A stretch of DNA of 64,000 nt, taken from assembly GCF_902713615.1 (NCBI RefSeq), contig NC_052160.1, positions 110,030,708-110,094,707 on the forward strand. The letters run 5' to 3'. Each line of letters begins with the position of its first letter. Position 1 is the first letter of the stretch. The DNA comes from Scyliorhinus canicula (taxonomy: Eukaryota). Shown here in pieces: positions 14,182 through 27,190 of the stretch. Both the position numbers and the translations under genes were made by a program. The notes under the pieces are model-generated. The model had not been told where the DNA came from. It saw nothing but the letters and a program-made list of their open reading frames with translations, and did no database searches.

Positions 14182-17100
14182 CCCTTCATCCTTTTTGCTG
14201 AATTCTAAACTGCTGTCAATCCTCAGAACTATTACTTTTCTTGGCCAATCTGTATGCTTCTTCCTTGTATCGGATACTATTTCTAATTTCCTTTGGAAGC
14301 CATGGATTGGCCCTCTTACCCCCTTTGCTTTTGTACCAGACAGAAATGAACAGTTGCTGTAGTTCCTCCATGCGTTCCTTGAATGTTTGCCATTGTCTAT
14401 CCACTGTCATCCCTTCAAGTAACTCTCCCCAACTCACGCCTCATATCCTCATCATTCACTTTATTAAGATTCGGCACCTTAGTCTCTGAATCAACTACTT
14501 CATTCTCCATCTTGATAAAAAATTCTATCATGTTATGGTCGCTCATCCCCAAGGGGTCGCGTACAGCCAGATTGGCAATAATTCCCTTCTCATTACACAG
14601 TACCCAGTCTAAGATGGCCTGCTCTCTAGTTGGTTCCTCCACATATTGGTCAAGAAAACCATCCCGTATACATTCCAGGAATTCTTCCTCTATGACATTG
14701 TGGCGAATTTGATTTGCCCAATCTATGTGAAGATTAAAATCACCCATGATCACCGATATTCCCTTGTTACATGCATCTATAATTTCTTGTTTAATGCCAT
14801 TCCCAACCTCACCAGTGCAGTTTGGGGGTCTATATATAACACCCACTCATGTTTTTTGTCCGTTAGTATTTCTCAACTCTACCCATACAGATTCCACATT
14901 GTCAGAGCTAATATCCCTTCTCACTATTGTGTTAATTTCCTCTTTAACCAGCAGTGCCATGCCACCACCTTTTCTTTTATGCCTGTCCTTCCTAAATACT
15001 GAGAACCCTGGGACATTCAGTTCCCATCCTTGTTCACCCTGCAGCCATGTCTCCGTAATCCCAATTATATCGTACCCATTTATATCTATCTGCGCGATTA
15101 GTTCATCCACTTAATTGCAAACGCTACGTGCATTAAGGCACAGAGCCTTTAAGTTTGCCTTTTTCACAATGCTTGTCTTGCTCCCAATATTTTTCTCTGC
15201 TGCCCTGTTTGAATGTTGCCCTTAGTTTCTCCACCTATCACTTTTCTTATTCACTTTTCTACCGTTTTGCTTTTGTCCTTGCTCCCTCTTTCTCTGACAC
15301 TTTGCGTCGGTTCCCACCCCCCTGGCATTTTAGTTTAAACCCTCCCCAACCTCTCTCGTAAATAGGACATCAGTTCCAATCCTACCCAGGTGTAACCCGT
15401 CCAGTTTGTACAGGTCCCACCTCCCCCAGAACCGGTCCCAATGCCCCAGGAATCTGAAACCCTCCCCCTGACACCATCTCTTCAGCCAGGTATTCATTCT
15501 ATATATCCTGTCATTTCTACTCTGACTAGCACGTGGCACCAGTAGTAATCCTGAGATCACTACCTTTGAGGTCCGATTTCGTAACTTCCTTCCTAGCTCC
15601 ATATATTCTGCCTTTAGGACCTCATCCCTTTTTTTACCTATGTAATTTGCACCGATGTGTACCACGACCACTGGCTGTTCACCCTCCCCCTCCAGAATGT
15701 CCTGTACCCGCTCCGAGACATCCTTGACCCAAGCACCAGGGAGGCAACATACCACCCTGGAGTCTCATTTGCGGCCACAGAAACCCCTGCCTATTCCCCT
15801 GACAACTGAATCCCCTATAACTATTGCACTGTTACACTTATTACTCCTCCCCTCTGCAGCACAACGAACCATGATGCCACGGGTTTGGCTGTTGCTTTTT
15901 TCTCCTGAGAGGCCATTCCCCTCAACAGTAACCAAAAAGGTATATCTGTTCTGCAGGGAAATGGCCACAGGAGGTTCCTCCATGACCTGCCTCGCTCTCT
16001 TGCTCTGCCTGGTGGTCACCCATTCCCTTCCTGCCTGTGGAGTCCGAGCCTGTGGTGAGACCGCCTCTCTATAACCTGCTATCCACGATTCTCTCCGACT
16101 CACGGATGCTCCTCCGTGTCTCCAGCCGCCGCTCTAGCTCTGAAGCTCGAGCTTCCAGGAGCTGTAACTGGAGAAACTTCCTGCACACATGCTGACCCTG
16201 GGGACTGGAACTGTTCCCAGACTGCCACATCGAGCAAGGGGAGCAGGCCATGCCTTGGAGCTGTCCTGCCATGATTTATTCCTGTAAATTAAACCTTTGA
16301 AATTAAACTTTAGAAAGATGTTTTTGTGTCAGATTAAATCCAATCCCCATATACTATTTAATTAGATTATTTTTTTTAAAAACTAAGTATTTATCTCTCT
16401 TGATCTGACAACAAATTAAAAATAGTTATTGAATTGAAATTTAAAAATTATTTAAATCAAATTAAAAATAGTAATTTAAATCAACCCAAAATAGTTATTT
16501 AAGTTAATAAATGTCCCATGAGTATTGATTTTTGAGGTAGAATGGAACAGGTTTAATAGCAATCCATTTGACTGATCTCTGCTATATTTAACAAAAAGGA
16601 CAAAAACTGTTCATGTAATACTTTGCTGTCCATAGCCTTCTGGAAATAAAAATCAGGAGAAATGCTTAATGGGTGGCCGAGGTGAGATTGTGCATGTTCC
16701 ACTATTGTTCAAAGTCAAATGACTCCTTTGTAGCCTTTTGATAGGATTTGACGTGTAACTGATTACCCCCTCGAAAACACCCAGTCTGCCTGAAGATTCA
16801 ACAATTCATCACAAAATTCATTGAATAAGACATGAGAATAAGCTTCATAATGTGAATACTGTGCATGCATTCTGTACACGGTTCTTTAATAAATGAACAC
16901 AAACTCACCTTTAATTACATCATCCTTAGACTGCATTTGTGAGCTTGAATTACATGCACCATATCCCTGTCATTCTATATCCACAGAGGGATACATTCTG
17001 ATGTCCCTGAGGTTGATTATGTCAAGTGAAACAAAAGCTCAGCAGGAAAGCTCCATCCATGGTTCACTGGGGAAGTTAAGGATAGATTAATGTTGCAAAG

Positions 17101-17190
17101 GACAGTAGCAAGTCTGAGAATTGGGAGTGTTTAGAAACTAGCCAAGAGTCACCAAAAACTTGATGAAAGGGAATAAAGTTAGAATATGAG

Positions 17191-17398
17191 AGTTTCGGGA
17201 GCCGTTCAGAGGAGGAGAAACAGTCTCTGGGTGAGTATAAAAACTCACTTTAACCCGGGGATCGAGGCCTAGTTTCGGGAGCCGTTCAGAGGAGGAGGAG
17301 CAGTCTCTGGGTGAGTATAAAAACTCACTTTAACCCAGGGATCGAGGCCTAGTTTCGGGAGCCGTTCAGAGGAGGAGGAGCAGTCTCTGGGTGAGTAT
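17191..17398 (+). repeat. 2.6 tandem copies of an 80-bp monomer at the CR1 5' end
   Basis: AGTTTCGGGAGCCGTTCAGAGG starts at 17191, 17271 and 17351. Confidence 0.95.
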
Positions 17399-17542
17399 AC
17401 AGACCTAACGGTAACTTCCTGTTTTCCACTTTTTTTTTTCAAAAGTGACGTCAGAGGGAAGCTGTGATCTGATTGGTTGATAACCAATCTGCCCCAAATT
17501 TAAAACTCGTAAACTTAAATTAAACAAATTAATTAATTAGAG

Positions 17543-18498
17543 ATGGCTGGTCAGGTGATGTGCTTAAGCTGCTTGATGTGGGAGCTGGCAGATCCCATTG
17601 TGAGCTGCAGCGACCACATCTGCAGTAAGTGTTGGCTGCTCGAAGAACTCCGGCTCAGAGTTGATGAGCTGGAGTCTGAGCTTCACACACTGAGGCACAT
17701 CCGGGAGGGGGAGGCTTACCTGGACACTTTGTTTCAGGAGGCAGTCACACCTGTCAGAGTAAATAGTTTAAATCCTGCCAGTGGCCAGGGACAGCAGGGT
17801 GTGACTGCAAGTCAGGCAGGTAAAGGGAACCAGCAGTCAGGAACTCAGGAGCCTCAGCCCTTGACCCTGTCCAACAGGTACGAGGCACTTGCTCCCTGTG
17901 TAGATGGCGAACAGGGCTGCAGGAAGGATGAGTCAGCTGACCAAGGCACCATGGTTCAGCAGGCCATTCAAGGGGAGGAAGTAAATAGGCAAGTTGTAGT
18001 TGTAGGGGATTCTATTATCAGAGGGATAGATAGTATCCTTTGTGAGCAGGATAGAGGGTCCCGCATGGTATGTTGCCTGCCCGGTGCTAGGGTGCGGGAC
18101 ATCTCTGACCGGCTTGAAAGGATATTGGAGAGGGAGGGGGAGGATCCAGTTGTTGTGGTCCATGTCGGTACCAACAACATAGGCAAGTCTAGGAAAGAGG
18201 ACCTGTTTAGAGATTATAAAGAGCTAGGATTCAAATTAAAAAACAGGTCCTCAAGGGTCATAATCTCCGGATTACTGCCCGAGTCACGTGCAAATTGGCA
18301 TAGGGAGGCAAGAATAAGGGAAGTTAACACGTGGCTGAAAGAGTGGTGTGGGAAAGAGGGGTTCCTTTTCATGGGACACTGGCATCAGTTTTGGGACAGG
18401 GGGACCTATACCGTTGGGATGGTCTCCACCTGAACCGAGCTGGGACCAGTGTTCTGGCGAAAAGAGTAAATAGGGTGGTCAATAGGACTTTAAACTAG
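17543..18498 (+). pseudogene. CR1 ORF1 (zinc finger/coiled coil + SGNH/GDSL esterase), frameshift near 18400
   Basis: CLSC...HICSKC, LRLRVDELESEL, VVVGDSIIRG, CCLPGA, VHVGTNN. DGLHLN appears in the shifted frame. Confidence 0.9.
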
Positions 18499-18632
18499 AG
18501 ATTGGGGGGGAAGGGAAAGTCAGGGAACCAAGAGGTGAAGGAATCAGTGGGAAGCGTAGCTGCTTAGGATTACAAAAAATCACGAAAAGACAGAGCTCAG
18601 GAGAGGTTACGATAGTCCCCATCTCACAAAAT

Positions 18633-21508
18633 ATGACACAGTGTATGGAAAGGCTCAGTAAACCAAGGTCCACCACACTAAGAAAACAAAAAGGGACAGT
18701 CAATAGGGAATTAAAGGTGCTGTATTTAAATGCCCGCAGTGTACGGAACAAGGTAGATGAGCTTGTGGCCCAGATTGTGACTGGCAGGTATGATGTAGTA
18801 GGCATCACAGAGACGTGGTTGCAGGGGGTTCAGGACTGGCAGTTAAACATCCAGGGATTTACAACCTATCGAAAAGACAGAGAGGTGGGTAGAGGGGGCG
18901 GGGTTGCCTTGTTAATTAGAAATGAAATTAAAACAATAGCACTAAACGACATAGGGTCAGACGATGTGGAGTCTGTGTGGGTAGAGTTGAGGAACCACAA
19001 AGGCAAAAAAACCATAATGGGAGTTATGTACAGGCCTCCTGACAGTGGTCAGGACCAGGGGCACAAAATGCACCACGAAATAGAAAGGGCATGTCAGAAA
19101 GGCAAGGTCACAGTGATCATGGGGGACTTCAATATGCAGGTGGACTGGGTAAATAATGTTGCCAGTGGACCCAAAGAAAGGGAATTCATTGAATGTTTAC
19201 AGGATGGCTTTTTGGAACAGCTTGTGATGGAGCCCACGAGGGAACAGGCTATTCTGGACTTAGTGTTATGTAATGAGCCAGAATTGATAAAAGATCTTAA
19301 GTAAGGGAACACTTAGGAAGCAGTGATCATAATATGGTAGAATTCAGTCTGCAATTTGAAAGAAGGAAGGTAGAATCAGATGTAAAGGTTTTACAGTTAA
19401 ATAAAGGTAATTACAGGCGCATGAGGGAGGAACTGACGAAAATCGACTGGAAGCAGAGCCTAGTGGGAAAGACAGTAGAACAGCAATGGCAGGAGTTTCT
19501 GGGAGTAATTGAGGACACAGTGCAGAGGTTCATCCCAAAGAAAAGAAAGGTTATCAGAGGGAGGATTAGGCAGCCATGGCTGACAAAGGAAGTCAGGGAA
19601 TGCATCAAGGCAAAAGAGAGAGCCTATAATGTGGCAAAGAGTAGTGGGAAGTCAGAAGATTGGGAAGGCTACAAAAACAAACAGAGGATAACAAAGAGAG
19701 AAATAAGGAAGGAGAGGATCAAATATGAAGGTAGGCTAGCCAGTAACATTAGGAATCATAGTAAAAGTTTCTTTAAATACATTAAAAACAAACGGGAGGC
19801 AAAAGTAGACATTGGGCCGCTCCAAAATGACGCTGGTAATCTAGTGATGGGAGACAAGGAAATAGCTGAGGAACTTAATAAGTACTTTGCGTCAGTCTTC
19901 ACAGTAGAAGACATGAGTAATATCCCAACAATTCAGGAAAGTCAGGGGGCAGAGTTGAATATGGTTGCCATCACAAAGGAGAAAGTGCTAGAGAAACTAA
20001 AAGGTCTGAAAATTGATAAATCTCCGGGCCCAGATGGCCTACATCCTAGAGTTCTAAAGGAGATAGCTGAAGAAATAGTGGAGGCGTTAGTTATGATCTT
20101 TCAAAAGTCACTGGAATCAGGGAAAGTCCCAGAGGATTGGAAAATCGCTGTTGTAACCCCCTTGTTCAAGAAGGGAACAAGAAAAAAGATGGAAAATTAT
20201 AGGCCAATTAGCCTAACCTCGGTTGTTGGCAAAATTCTAGAATCCATTGTTAAGGATGAGATTTCTAAATTCTTGGAAGTGCAGGGTCGGATTAGGACAA
20301 GTCAGCATGGATTTAGTAAGGGGAGGTCGTGCCTGACAAACCTGTTAGAGTTCTTTGAAGAGATAACAAATAGGTTAGACCAAGGAGAGCCAATGGATGT
20401 TATCTATCTTGACTTCCAAAAGGCCTTTGACAAGGTGCCTCACGGGAGACTGCTGAGTAAAATAAGGGCCCATGGTATTCGAGGCAAGGTACTAACATGG
20501 ATTGACGATCGGCTGTCAGACAGAAGGCAGAGAGTTGGTATAAAAGGTTCTTTTTCGGAATGGCAACCGGTGACAAGTGATGTCCCGCAGGGTTCAGTGT
20601 TGGGGCCACAGCTGTTCTCTTTATATATTAACGATCTAGATGACGGGACTGGGGGAATTCTGGCCAAGTTTGCCGATGATACAAAGATAGGTGGAGGGGC
20701 AGGTAGTATTGAGGAGGTGGGGAGGCTGCAGAAAGATTTAGACAGTTTAGGAGAATGGTCCAAGAAGTGGCTGATGAAATTCAACGTGGGCAAGTGCGAG
20801 GTCTTGCACTTTGGAAAAAAGAATAGAGGCATGGACTATTTTCTAAACGGTGACAAAATTCATAATGCTAAAGTGCAAAGGGACTTGGGAGTCCTAGTCC
20901 AGGATTCTCTAAAGGTAAACTTGCAGGTTGAGTCCGTAATTAAGAAAGCAAATGTAATGTTGTCATTTATCTCAAGAGGCTTGGAATATAAAAGCAGGGA
21001 TGTACTTCTGAGGCTTTATAAAGCACTAGTTAGGCCCCATTTAGAATACTGTGAGCAATTTTGGGCCCCACACCTCAGGAAGGACATACTGGCACTGGAG
21101 CGGGTCCAGCGGAGATTCACACGGATGATCCCAGGAATGGTAGGCCTAACATACGATGAACGTCTGAGGATCGTGGGATTATATTCATTGGAGTTTAGGA
21201 GGTTGAGGGGAGATCTAATAGAAACTTACAAGATAATGAATGGCTTGGATAGGATGGACGTAGGGAAGTTGTTTCCATTAGCAGGGGAGACTAGGACGCG
21301 GGGGCACAGCCTTAGAATAAAAGGGAGTCACTTTAGAACAGAGATGAGGAGAAATTTCTTCAACCAGAGAGTGGTAGGTCTGTGGAATTCATTGCCACAG
21401 AGGGCGGTGGAGGGCGGGACGCTGAGTGTCTTTAAGACAGAAATTGATAAATTCTTGATTTCTCGAGGAATTAAGGGCTATGGGGAGAGAGTGGGTAAAT
21501 GGAGTTGA
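18633..21508 (+). pseudogene. CR1 ORF2 (endonuclease-reverse transcriptase), one frameshift at ~19300
   Basis: YLNARS, GITETW, MGDFN, SDHN (APE); YRPISLTS, YLDFQKAFD, PQGSVLGP, FADDTK (RT); C-terminus RFTRMIPG...LWNSLP. Confidence 0.95.
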
Positions 21509-21620
21509 AATCAACCATGATTGAATGGTGGAGTGGACTCGATGGGCCGAATGGCCTTACTTACGCTCCTATGTCTTATGGTCTTAAATACCAAAGCAGA
21601 TTGTGAACGCTTTTATAAAA

Positions 21621-24220
21621 AGTGGGTGGCAGATGTGGGACTGTTGGGGGACCGAGGGTTCTGTGACAAAATTGAAAAAGTAATCGAGGAATATGTAGGT
21701 TTTAACTGCACCGGTGAGGTGTCGAAGGCAGTTGCCTGGGAGGCTTTAAAGGAGGTGGTGAGGGGTGAGGTGATCTCGTTCAAGGTTAGGCTAGACAAAG
21801 AGGAGGGGTTGTAATGTCAGAGGGTAATGGATGAGATGCTGGAGATAGATAGGAGGTATGCAGACGATGGGGACACAGCGAAGTTGGAAAAGAGGAAGGA
21901 ACCCCAGGTGAGCTTTGACCGACTATCAACCAGGAAGGCGGTACGACAATTCAGGCGAGCAAGGGTTGCCATGTATGAGCATGGAGAGAAGGCGGGTGAG
22001 TATGACCCATTGGGAGTCATGGGTCAACTCTGGAAGGAGGCTGCGGCAAGGGAAATTGTCCAGGTGCACAACAGGGAAAGGAAGTTGGTGGTAGCTCCAG
22101 ATCAGATTAACATGGTCTTAAAGAAATTCTATGAGAGGTTGTACACGTCAGAGCCACTTGGGGAGGCCGGGAGAAATGTCTAGATGGGCTGGAGTACCCA
22201 AGGTTAGGGGAGGGGGACAGGGCTAAATTAGAAGGGGCGATAGTGGAGCAAGAGACAAAAGATGCGATTGGGAAGATGCAGTCGGGGAAGGTGGCAGGGC
22301 CAGATGGGTTACCGGTGAAATATTATAAGAAATTCAAAGATAAACTGGTGCTGCTGATGGTGGGGCTGTTTGAGGAGGCAAGGGGAAAGGGGGTGTTAAC
22401 ACAAACTTTGGGGCGGGCATCGCTTTCCCTCTTACTTAAGAAAGATAAGGATCCGATGGAGTGTGGGTGTGTAGGTCCATATCACTTTTAATGATAGGGG
22501 GTGCAGGTTGCTCAGGATTGGGGGAGGGGGGGCTCCATAGTACAACATTTCTAGATTGGTGGGGAGGGTGAAAGCTGGTCTGGCAAGGTGGGACGGTCTC
22601 CCTCTGTCACTGGGGGGGGGGTCGGGTACAGGCGGTTAAAATGAATGTGCTGCCGCGATTCCTGTTTATTTTCCAATCCTGCTGATTTTCCTGCCAAAGG
22701 CATTTTTTAGAGAGATTCAGGGGATGTTTACTTTGTTCATATGGGGCGGGAAGGTGGCCATAATTAGAAAGGTGCTACTACAGAGAGGAAGGCAGGCAGG
22801 GGGTTTGGGTCTTCCGAACCTGATGTATTATTACTAGGCGGCGAATGTGGAGAAGGTATTGATCTGGGTTAGAGGGGTTGACTCCCAATGGGTCAGAATG
22901 GAGGAGAGTTTGTGCAGGGGTTTGGGAGTGCAGGTGCTAACAACAGCGCCGCTCCCGACGGCCCAGGAAAATACTGAGGGAGTCCGGTAGTAACAGCTTT
23001 GTTGAGAATTTGGAAGTAGTTTTGACAGCACTTCGGGTTGGGGCAGGATCAAGGGAAATGCCGATTCGGGGGAACCATAGATTTGAGCCAGGGAAGTGGG
23101 ATGTAAATTTTCAGAGATGGGAGCAGAAAGGAATTAGGACAGTAAACGATTTGTTTCTTGGGGGTCGGTTTACAGGGTTAAAGGAGCTGGGAGCGATGTA
23201 TGGCCTGGAGCAGTGGAAAATATTTAGATACATGTAGGTTCGAGACTTTTCCAGAAAGGAGATACAGAGTTTCCCAGTAGAGCTGGCTTCCACATTGCTG
23301 GAGGAGGTGCTGATCACAGGGGGACTGGAGAAGGGGGTAGTATCGGCGGTTCACGGCGCTATTTTCGAAGCGGGAGAAGGCGCCAGTTGAAGGGATCAAG
23401 GCAAAGTGGGAGGAAGAGCTGGGAGAAGGTATGGAGGAAGAGTTCTGGTGTGAGGTGCTCCGGAGGGTGAACGCCTTCAACTCATGCGAGAGGTTGGGCT
23501 GATACAGCTGAAGGTGGTATCCAGAGCACACCTTACAAGGGCGAGGATAAGCCGGCTCTTTGAGGGGAGTAGAAGGTGTGTGTGAACATGGCAGGGGAGG
23601 CCCCGCAAACCACGTTCATATGTTTTGGTCCTGTCCAAAGCTGGAGAATTACTGTAAGGAGGTTTTAGGGTAGTCTCTAAAGTGGTGCATGTGAAACTGG
23701 ACCCGGGCCCTCGGAAGGCCATATTCGGGGTGTCGGACCAGCTGGGGTATGAAATAGGTGCGGAGGCAGATGTTGTAGCCTTCGCCTCATTGATCGGCCA
23801 AAGACGGATCCTGTTAGGGTGGAGATCAACCTCTCCACCCTGTGCCCTGGCGTGGCAGTGGGACCTGCTGGAATTTTTGACTCTTTGAACTGAGGGGATG
23901 GATGGATCGGTTCTACAATGCATGGGCGTTATTCATTTTGCACTTTCGAGAATTGGATTACATTGAATATTAGGGGATAGAGTGGAGGGTTGGGGGGAAG
24001 GGGACTGTATGTGTTGATGGTGACTATGGGTGATTCCTGCTTCCTTTTTGTCATTTGTTTATGCTAACATGCGGGCTAATGTTTGGGGGTTTGGTGGGAG
24101 GATGGGATCGTTGTTATTGATATAGGGATTGACATTTCATTCGGTGCTGATTATTGTTTATTGTTGGGTGTAAATTTGGGAGAAAATGTGAAAAAGAAGA
24201 ATAAAAATATTTTTTAAAAA
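21621..24220 (+). mobile_element. 5'-truncated, internally deleted L1-clade LINE
   Basis: WEALKEVVRGEVIS, MQSGKVAGPDG, LPLSL/KMNVLPRFLFIFQ, PIRGNHRF, Cys/His C-terminal domain (HMFWSCPKL). G-rich 3' UTR, AATAAA and A/T tail. Confidence 0.9.
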
Positions 24221-24529
24221 GCGGGCAGCACGGTAGCACAATGGTTAGCACTGTTGATTCACAGCACATGGGTCCCAGGTTCGATTCCCGGCTGAGTTCA
24301 CTGTCTGAGGAGTCTTCACGTTCTCCCTGTGTCTACGTGGGTTTCCTCCACGTGCTCCTGTTTCCTCCCACAAGTCCCAAAAGACGTGCTGTTTGGTAAT
24401 TTAAACATTCTGAATTCACCCTCTGTGTAACCAAACAGGCACCCGAATGTGGCGACTAGGGGCTTTTCACAGTAACTTCCTTGCAGTGTTAATGTAATCC
24501 GACTTGTGACAATAAAGATTATTATTATT
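24221..24529 (+). mobile_element. V-SINE with alternative 3' region and (TTA)n tail
   Basis: tRNA head and V-domain, then GGCGACTAGGGGCTTTTCACAGTAAC...AATAAAGATTATTATTA. Confidence 0.88.
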
Positions 24530-24711
24530 AAATACAGAAAAAGGATTGGTCTCTGAAAAGCAAAGACAGGAGACATTATCAGGGGAAATGAGGAAATAAC
24601 AGAGGCATGGGACAAATATGTTGTGCCTGTCTTTACAGTGGAAGACACAAGTTACATACCAGAATTAGAGGGTAACCCAGTGGCTAAAAATAGTTAGGAA
24701 AGTAAGTAAAG

Positions 24712-24918
24712 TCACAATAGTCCCAGATGACTGTAGGCTGCTTTCCCCTTGGAGGGATATAGCTGATTGGTGGTGGTTTAACCTGAGGATCGCCACACCT
24801 CAGGTGAGGGACAAGATTGAGAAAGCAGAGTCTTGAGCCAGCACAGGAATTAAACCCGCATTGCTGCCCTTGTTCTGCATCACGAGCCAGCTGTTTAACC
24901 AATTGAGCTTAACCAGCC
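24712..24918 (-). mobile_element. tRNA-derived SINE of another family
   Basis: Head GGCTGGTTAAGCTCAATTGGTTA...GGGTTTAATTCC; no V-domain. Confidence 0.65.
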
Positions 24919-25302
24919 TTCCTTGAGGAAATTACAGTGATACGATCAGCAAAGAACAGGTTTTGGAGAAACTTAGAAAGAGACTGAAATCCGACAAATC
25001 CCCCGGAGCTGAGGGCCTACAGACTCGGATTCTAAAAGTGAGAGTTGCAGAGATAGTGGGAACGATCTAATGGGAGAAGCAATAAATGCAGTAGCGGGCG
25101 CGACTTCCAGGGTGCTTCTCGATGGCCGACCCGGCAAGATCACGACCGCTATCTAACGTCAATTAGGGTAGGAAATAATCCACCATGGGTTTCACGGCAA
25201 CATGGTCATTTGGCCAGCTGATTCGCCTGGCCCACCCATGGTAGTTCCCTGCTAAAAAGGGGGAAACACTCCCTCTGAGCACACTACAGTCGGTACAGAG
25301 CC

Positions 25303-26150
25303 ATGCTTTGATGGAGATCTGCTCCACGCTTTGGGGATGTCAACCTGGCCAGACTGCTAGATGCCGTGGAGGTGAGGCAGGACACCCTGTTCCACGAGGA
25401 TGTCAGAGGATTAACCAAAGGGCAACAAATACCTCCTGGCTGGCGGTGGCAGCAGCCGTCAGCTTGGGAAGCGTGACAAGGAGGACCTCGGTCCAGTGCA
25501 GGAAGAAGGCCAATGATCTCTCCCGGGCCACACAAGTACGTTGACACCAGCTCCCTAGCATCGGTCACACCTGCCACCTCCTGACAACCCCCCACCCCCA
25601 TCCCCCCCACTACAGGTCAATGGCTGGCACCTCACACCAATCCCCCACCCCACGCAGCATACAACCATGCCTGTGCTCCAACGTGCCCTGGCACCCACCA
25701 GCACAACCCACCCATGCTTATCAGCGGTTCCCACACATATCACCTTCCATAGACTCCCACACATATCACCTTCCATAGACCCCCCCCCCCTCCCACTGAT
25801 GTATAAGGCGTGTGGCTCGCAATGTCCTCTCTTTGTCTCCACAGGAGACGTTAGTACATAATATGCAGGATAGGCCTAGACAGGCTGTGGGGTGGTGGAA
25901 ATCAGAGTCCTCACCCCCTATGAGGAATAGGCCCTGCAGATTGCAGGGTTGACCGAGGATAGAGCAGTCGCCAACAGCGAGGTTGGTCTGCGCCACAGAA
26001 GTGAGGATCCACTGCCCCTTCACCCAGCCTCAAGTGAGTTGTTTATGCCAAACAAAATGATCCTTCCCTCTCAATTTCCACATGTCCTTTCTCTCACAGG
26101 ATCTCCATCTAGACGTAACGACAGAGCACAGAAGCTTACGATGATTTCGG
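25303..26150 (+). pseudogene. Harbinger Myb/SANT-like DNA-binding gene; exons ~25303-25535, 25845-26033, 26100-
   Basis: APRFGDVNLARLLDAVEVRQDTLF / W.AVAAAVS...RTSVQCRKKANDL, then GTACGT donor; TCTCCACAG acceptor; exon 2 IRVLTPYEE*ALQIAG, then GTGAGT donor. Confidence 0.8.
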
Positions 26151-26708
26151 ATCACTGAGTGGGCATGGGGTGGGAGGGGTCATCATAGTTAGCTGGGGAC
26201 AGTTAGGGTTTCGTATGTGCACAATTAAAATATGTTACACCTAATACCTGTGAAACCTCTGTCACGTTATTCAGCATAGCAGGTCGGCCTGCACCCCCAC
26301 CATCTGTTGCCCTCTGCTCCCCCAGCCCCCTGCCCCCGGGCTTAGTGGTCCTCGATCAGGAGCCTCTGAATGTATACCACGTGTGGATGATGGGTGTGCA
26401 TACGCTGTTAGCAGAAAGACAGGATTGAGATTATGGCATAGATTGAGGAGTGCCAGTTTACCTCACTCTGGGTTTTCATCACTCCCCTGTCTTGCATAAT
26501 GACCCGTCGCTGTCAGTGCCGACACAGGCCCATCACCCTGGAATGATGATACAGATTCTGGGAAGGTGGAACAGGGTAGTCGGGGGTGAATTGATGGGAG
26601 GGGAAGGAATGGGGGTGTACATGGGGAAGGGGAGGGATTGGGGAGATGGAGGGAAAGGCGGTCTGGGAAGGCGGGGCGAGGGGATGAGGTGGCAGATAAA
26701 GCCTTGTC

Positions 26709-26878
26709 CTATGAGAAGTGGGCAAGGATGAGGGACTCCCTGGCCTTCCAAGCAGGCCTGACCCTTGCCGCCGCCAATCCTCCTTTTCCTGAATGCTCCC
26801 GTGGGTCCTCCCCGTCCTCCAGTCCTTCCTGGTCTGGCCAATTCTCATCCTCCTCTTTGGATGAGGTTGCATGTTCCT
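26709..26878 (-). pseudogene. Harbinger transposase acidic C-terminus
   Basis: EEDENWPDQEGLEDGED...ARESLILAHFS* resembles the usual Harbinger transposase C-terminal ending. Confidence 0.6.
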
Positions 26879-26879
26879 T

Positions 26880-27190
26880 TGGCAACAACTTCCAAATCCA
26901 CAGTAACTTCCATCAAGAAGGATAAAGGCAGCAGACATTTGGGAACACAACCACCTGGAGGTTCCCCTCCAAGTCACTCATCATACTGATTTGGAAATAT
27001 AACCTGTTCCTTCATTGTCACTCGGTCTCATTCCTGGAACTCCCTCCCCAACAGCACTACACAGTACCTGCACCACATGGACTGCAGCTGTTCAATAAGG
27101 CAGCTCACCACCTTCTCAATGGCAATTAGGGATAGACAAGAAAAGCTAGCCAAGTCAGCAATACCCAAATCACATAAAATGAAGTTAACA
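26880..27190 (+). mobile_element. 3' end of an L2/CR1-group LINE
   Basis: CCTGGAACTCCCTCCC...GGACTGCAGC..TTCAA.AAGGCAGCTCACCACC...; a related tail fragment lies at ~9520-9570. Confidence 0.7.

Larger units (their letters stand above)
11669..16330 (-). mobile_element. Full-length decayed CR1 LINE with two SINE insertions
   Basis: ORF1 fragments at 15330-16272 (IVIGDSVVRG, CCLPGA, DGLHLG); APE at 14415-15140; RT at 12624-13582 (FADDTK); 3' tail (TCTATG-like repeats) at 11669. Confidence 0.94.
17191..21586 (+). mobile_element. Young, near-intact full-length CR1 LINE
   Basis: 5' tandem monomers, ORF1, ORF2 (APE endonuclease + RT), 3' UTR ending CCTATGTCTTATGGTCTTA. Only about two frameshifts. 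Confidence 0.96.
25058..26880. mobile_element. Decayed, internally deleted PIF/Harbinger transposon (Myb gene on +, transposase C-terminus on -)
   Basis: Convergent two-gene layout typical of Harbinger. Confidence 0.75.

Noticed and set aside
16320..16510. AT-rich degenerate repeat (AAATTAAAAATAGTTATT)
   Set aside because: Low-complexity sequence next to the CR1 5' end; no further structure supported.
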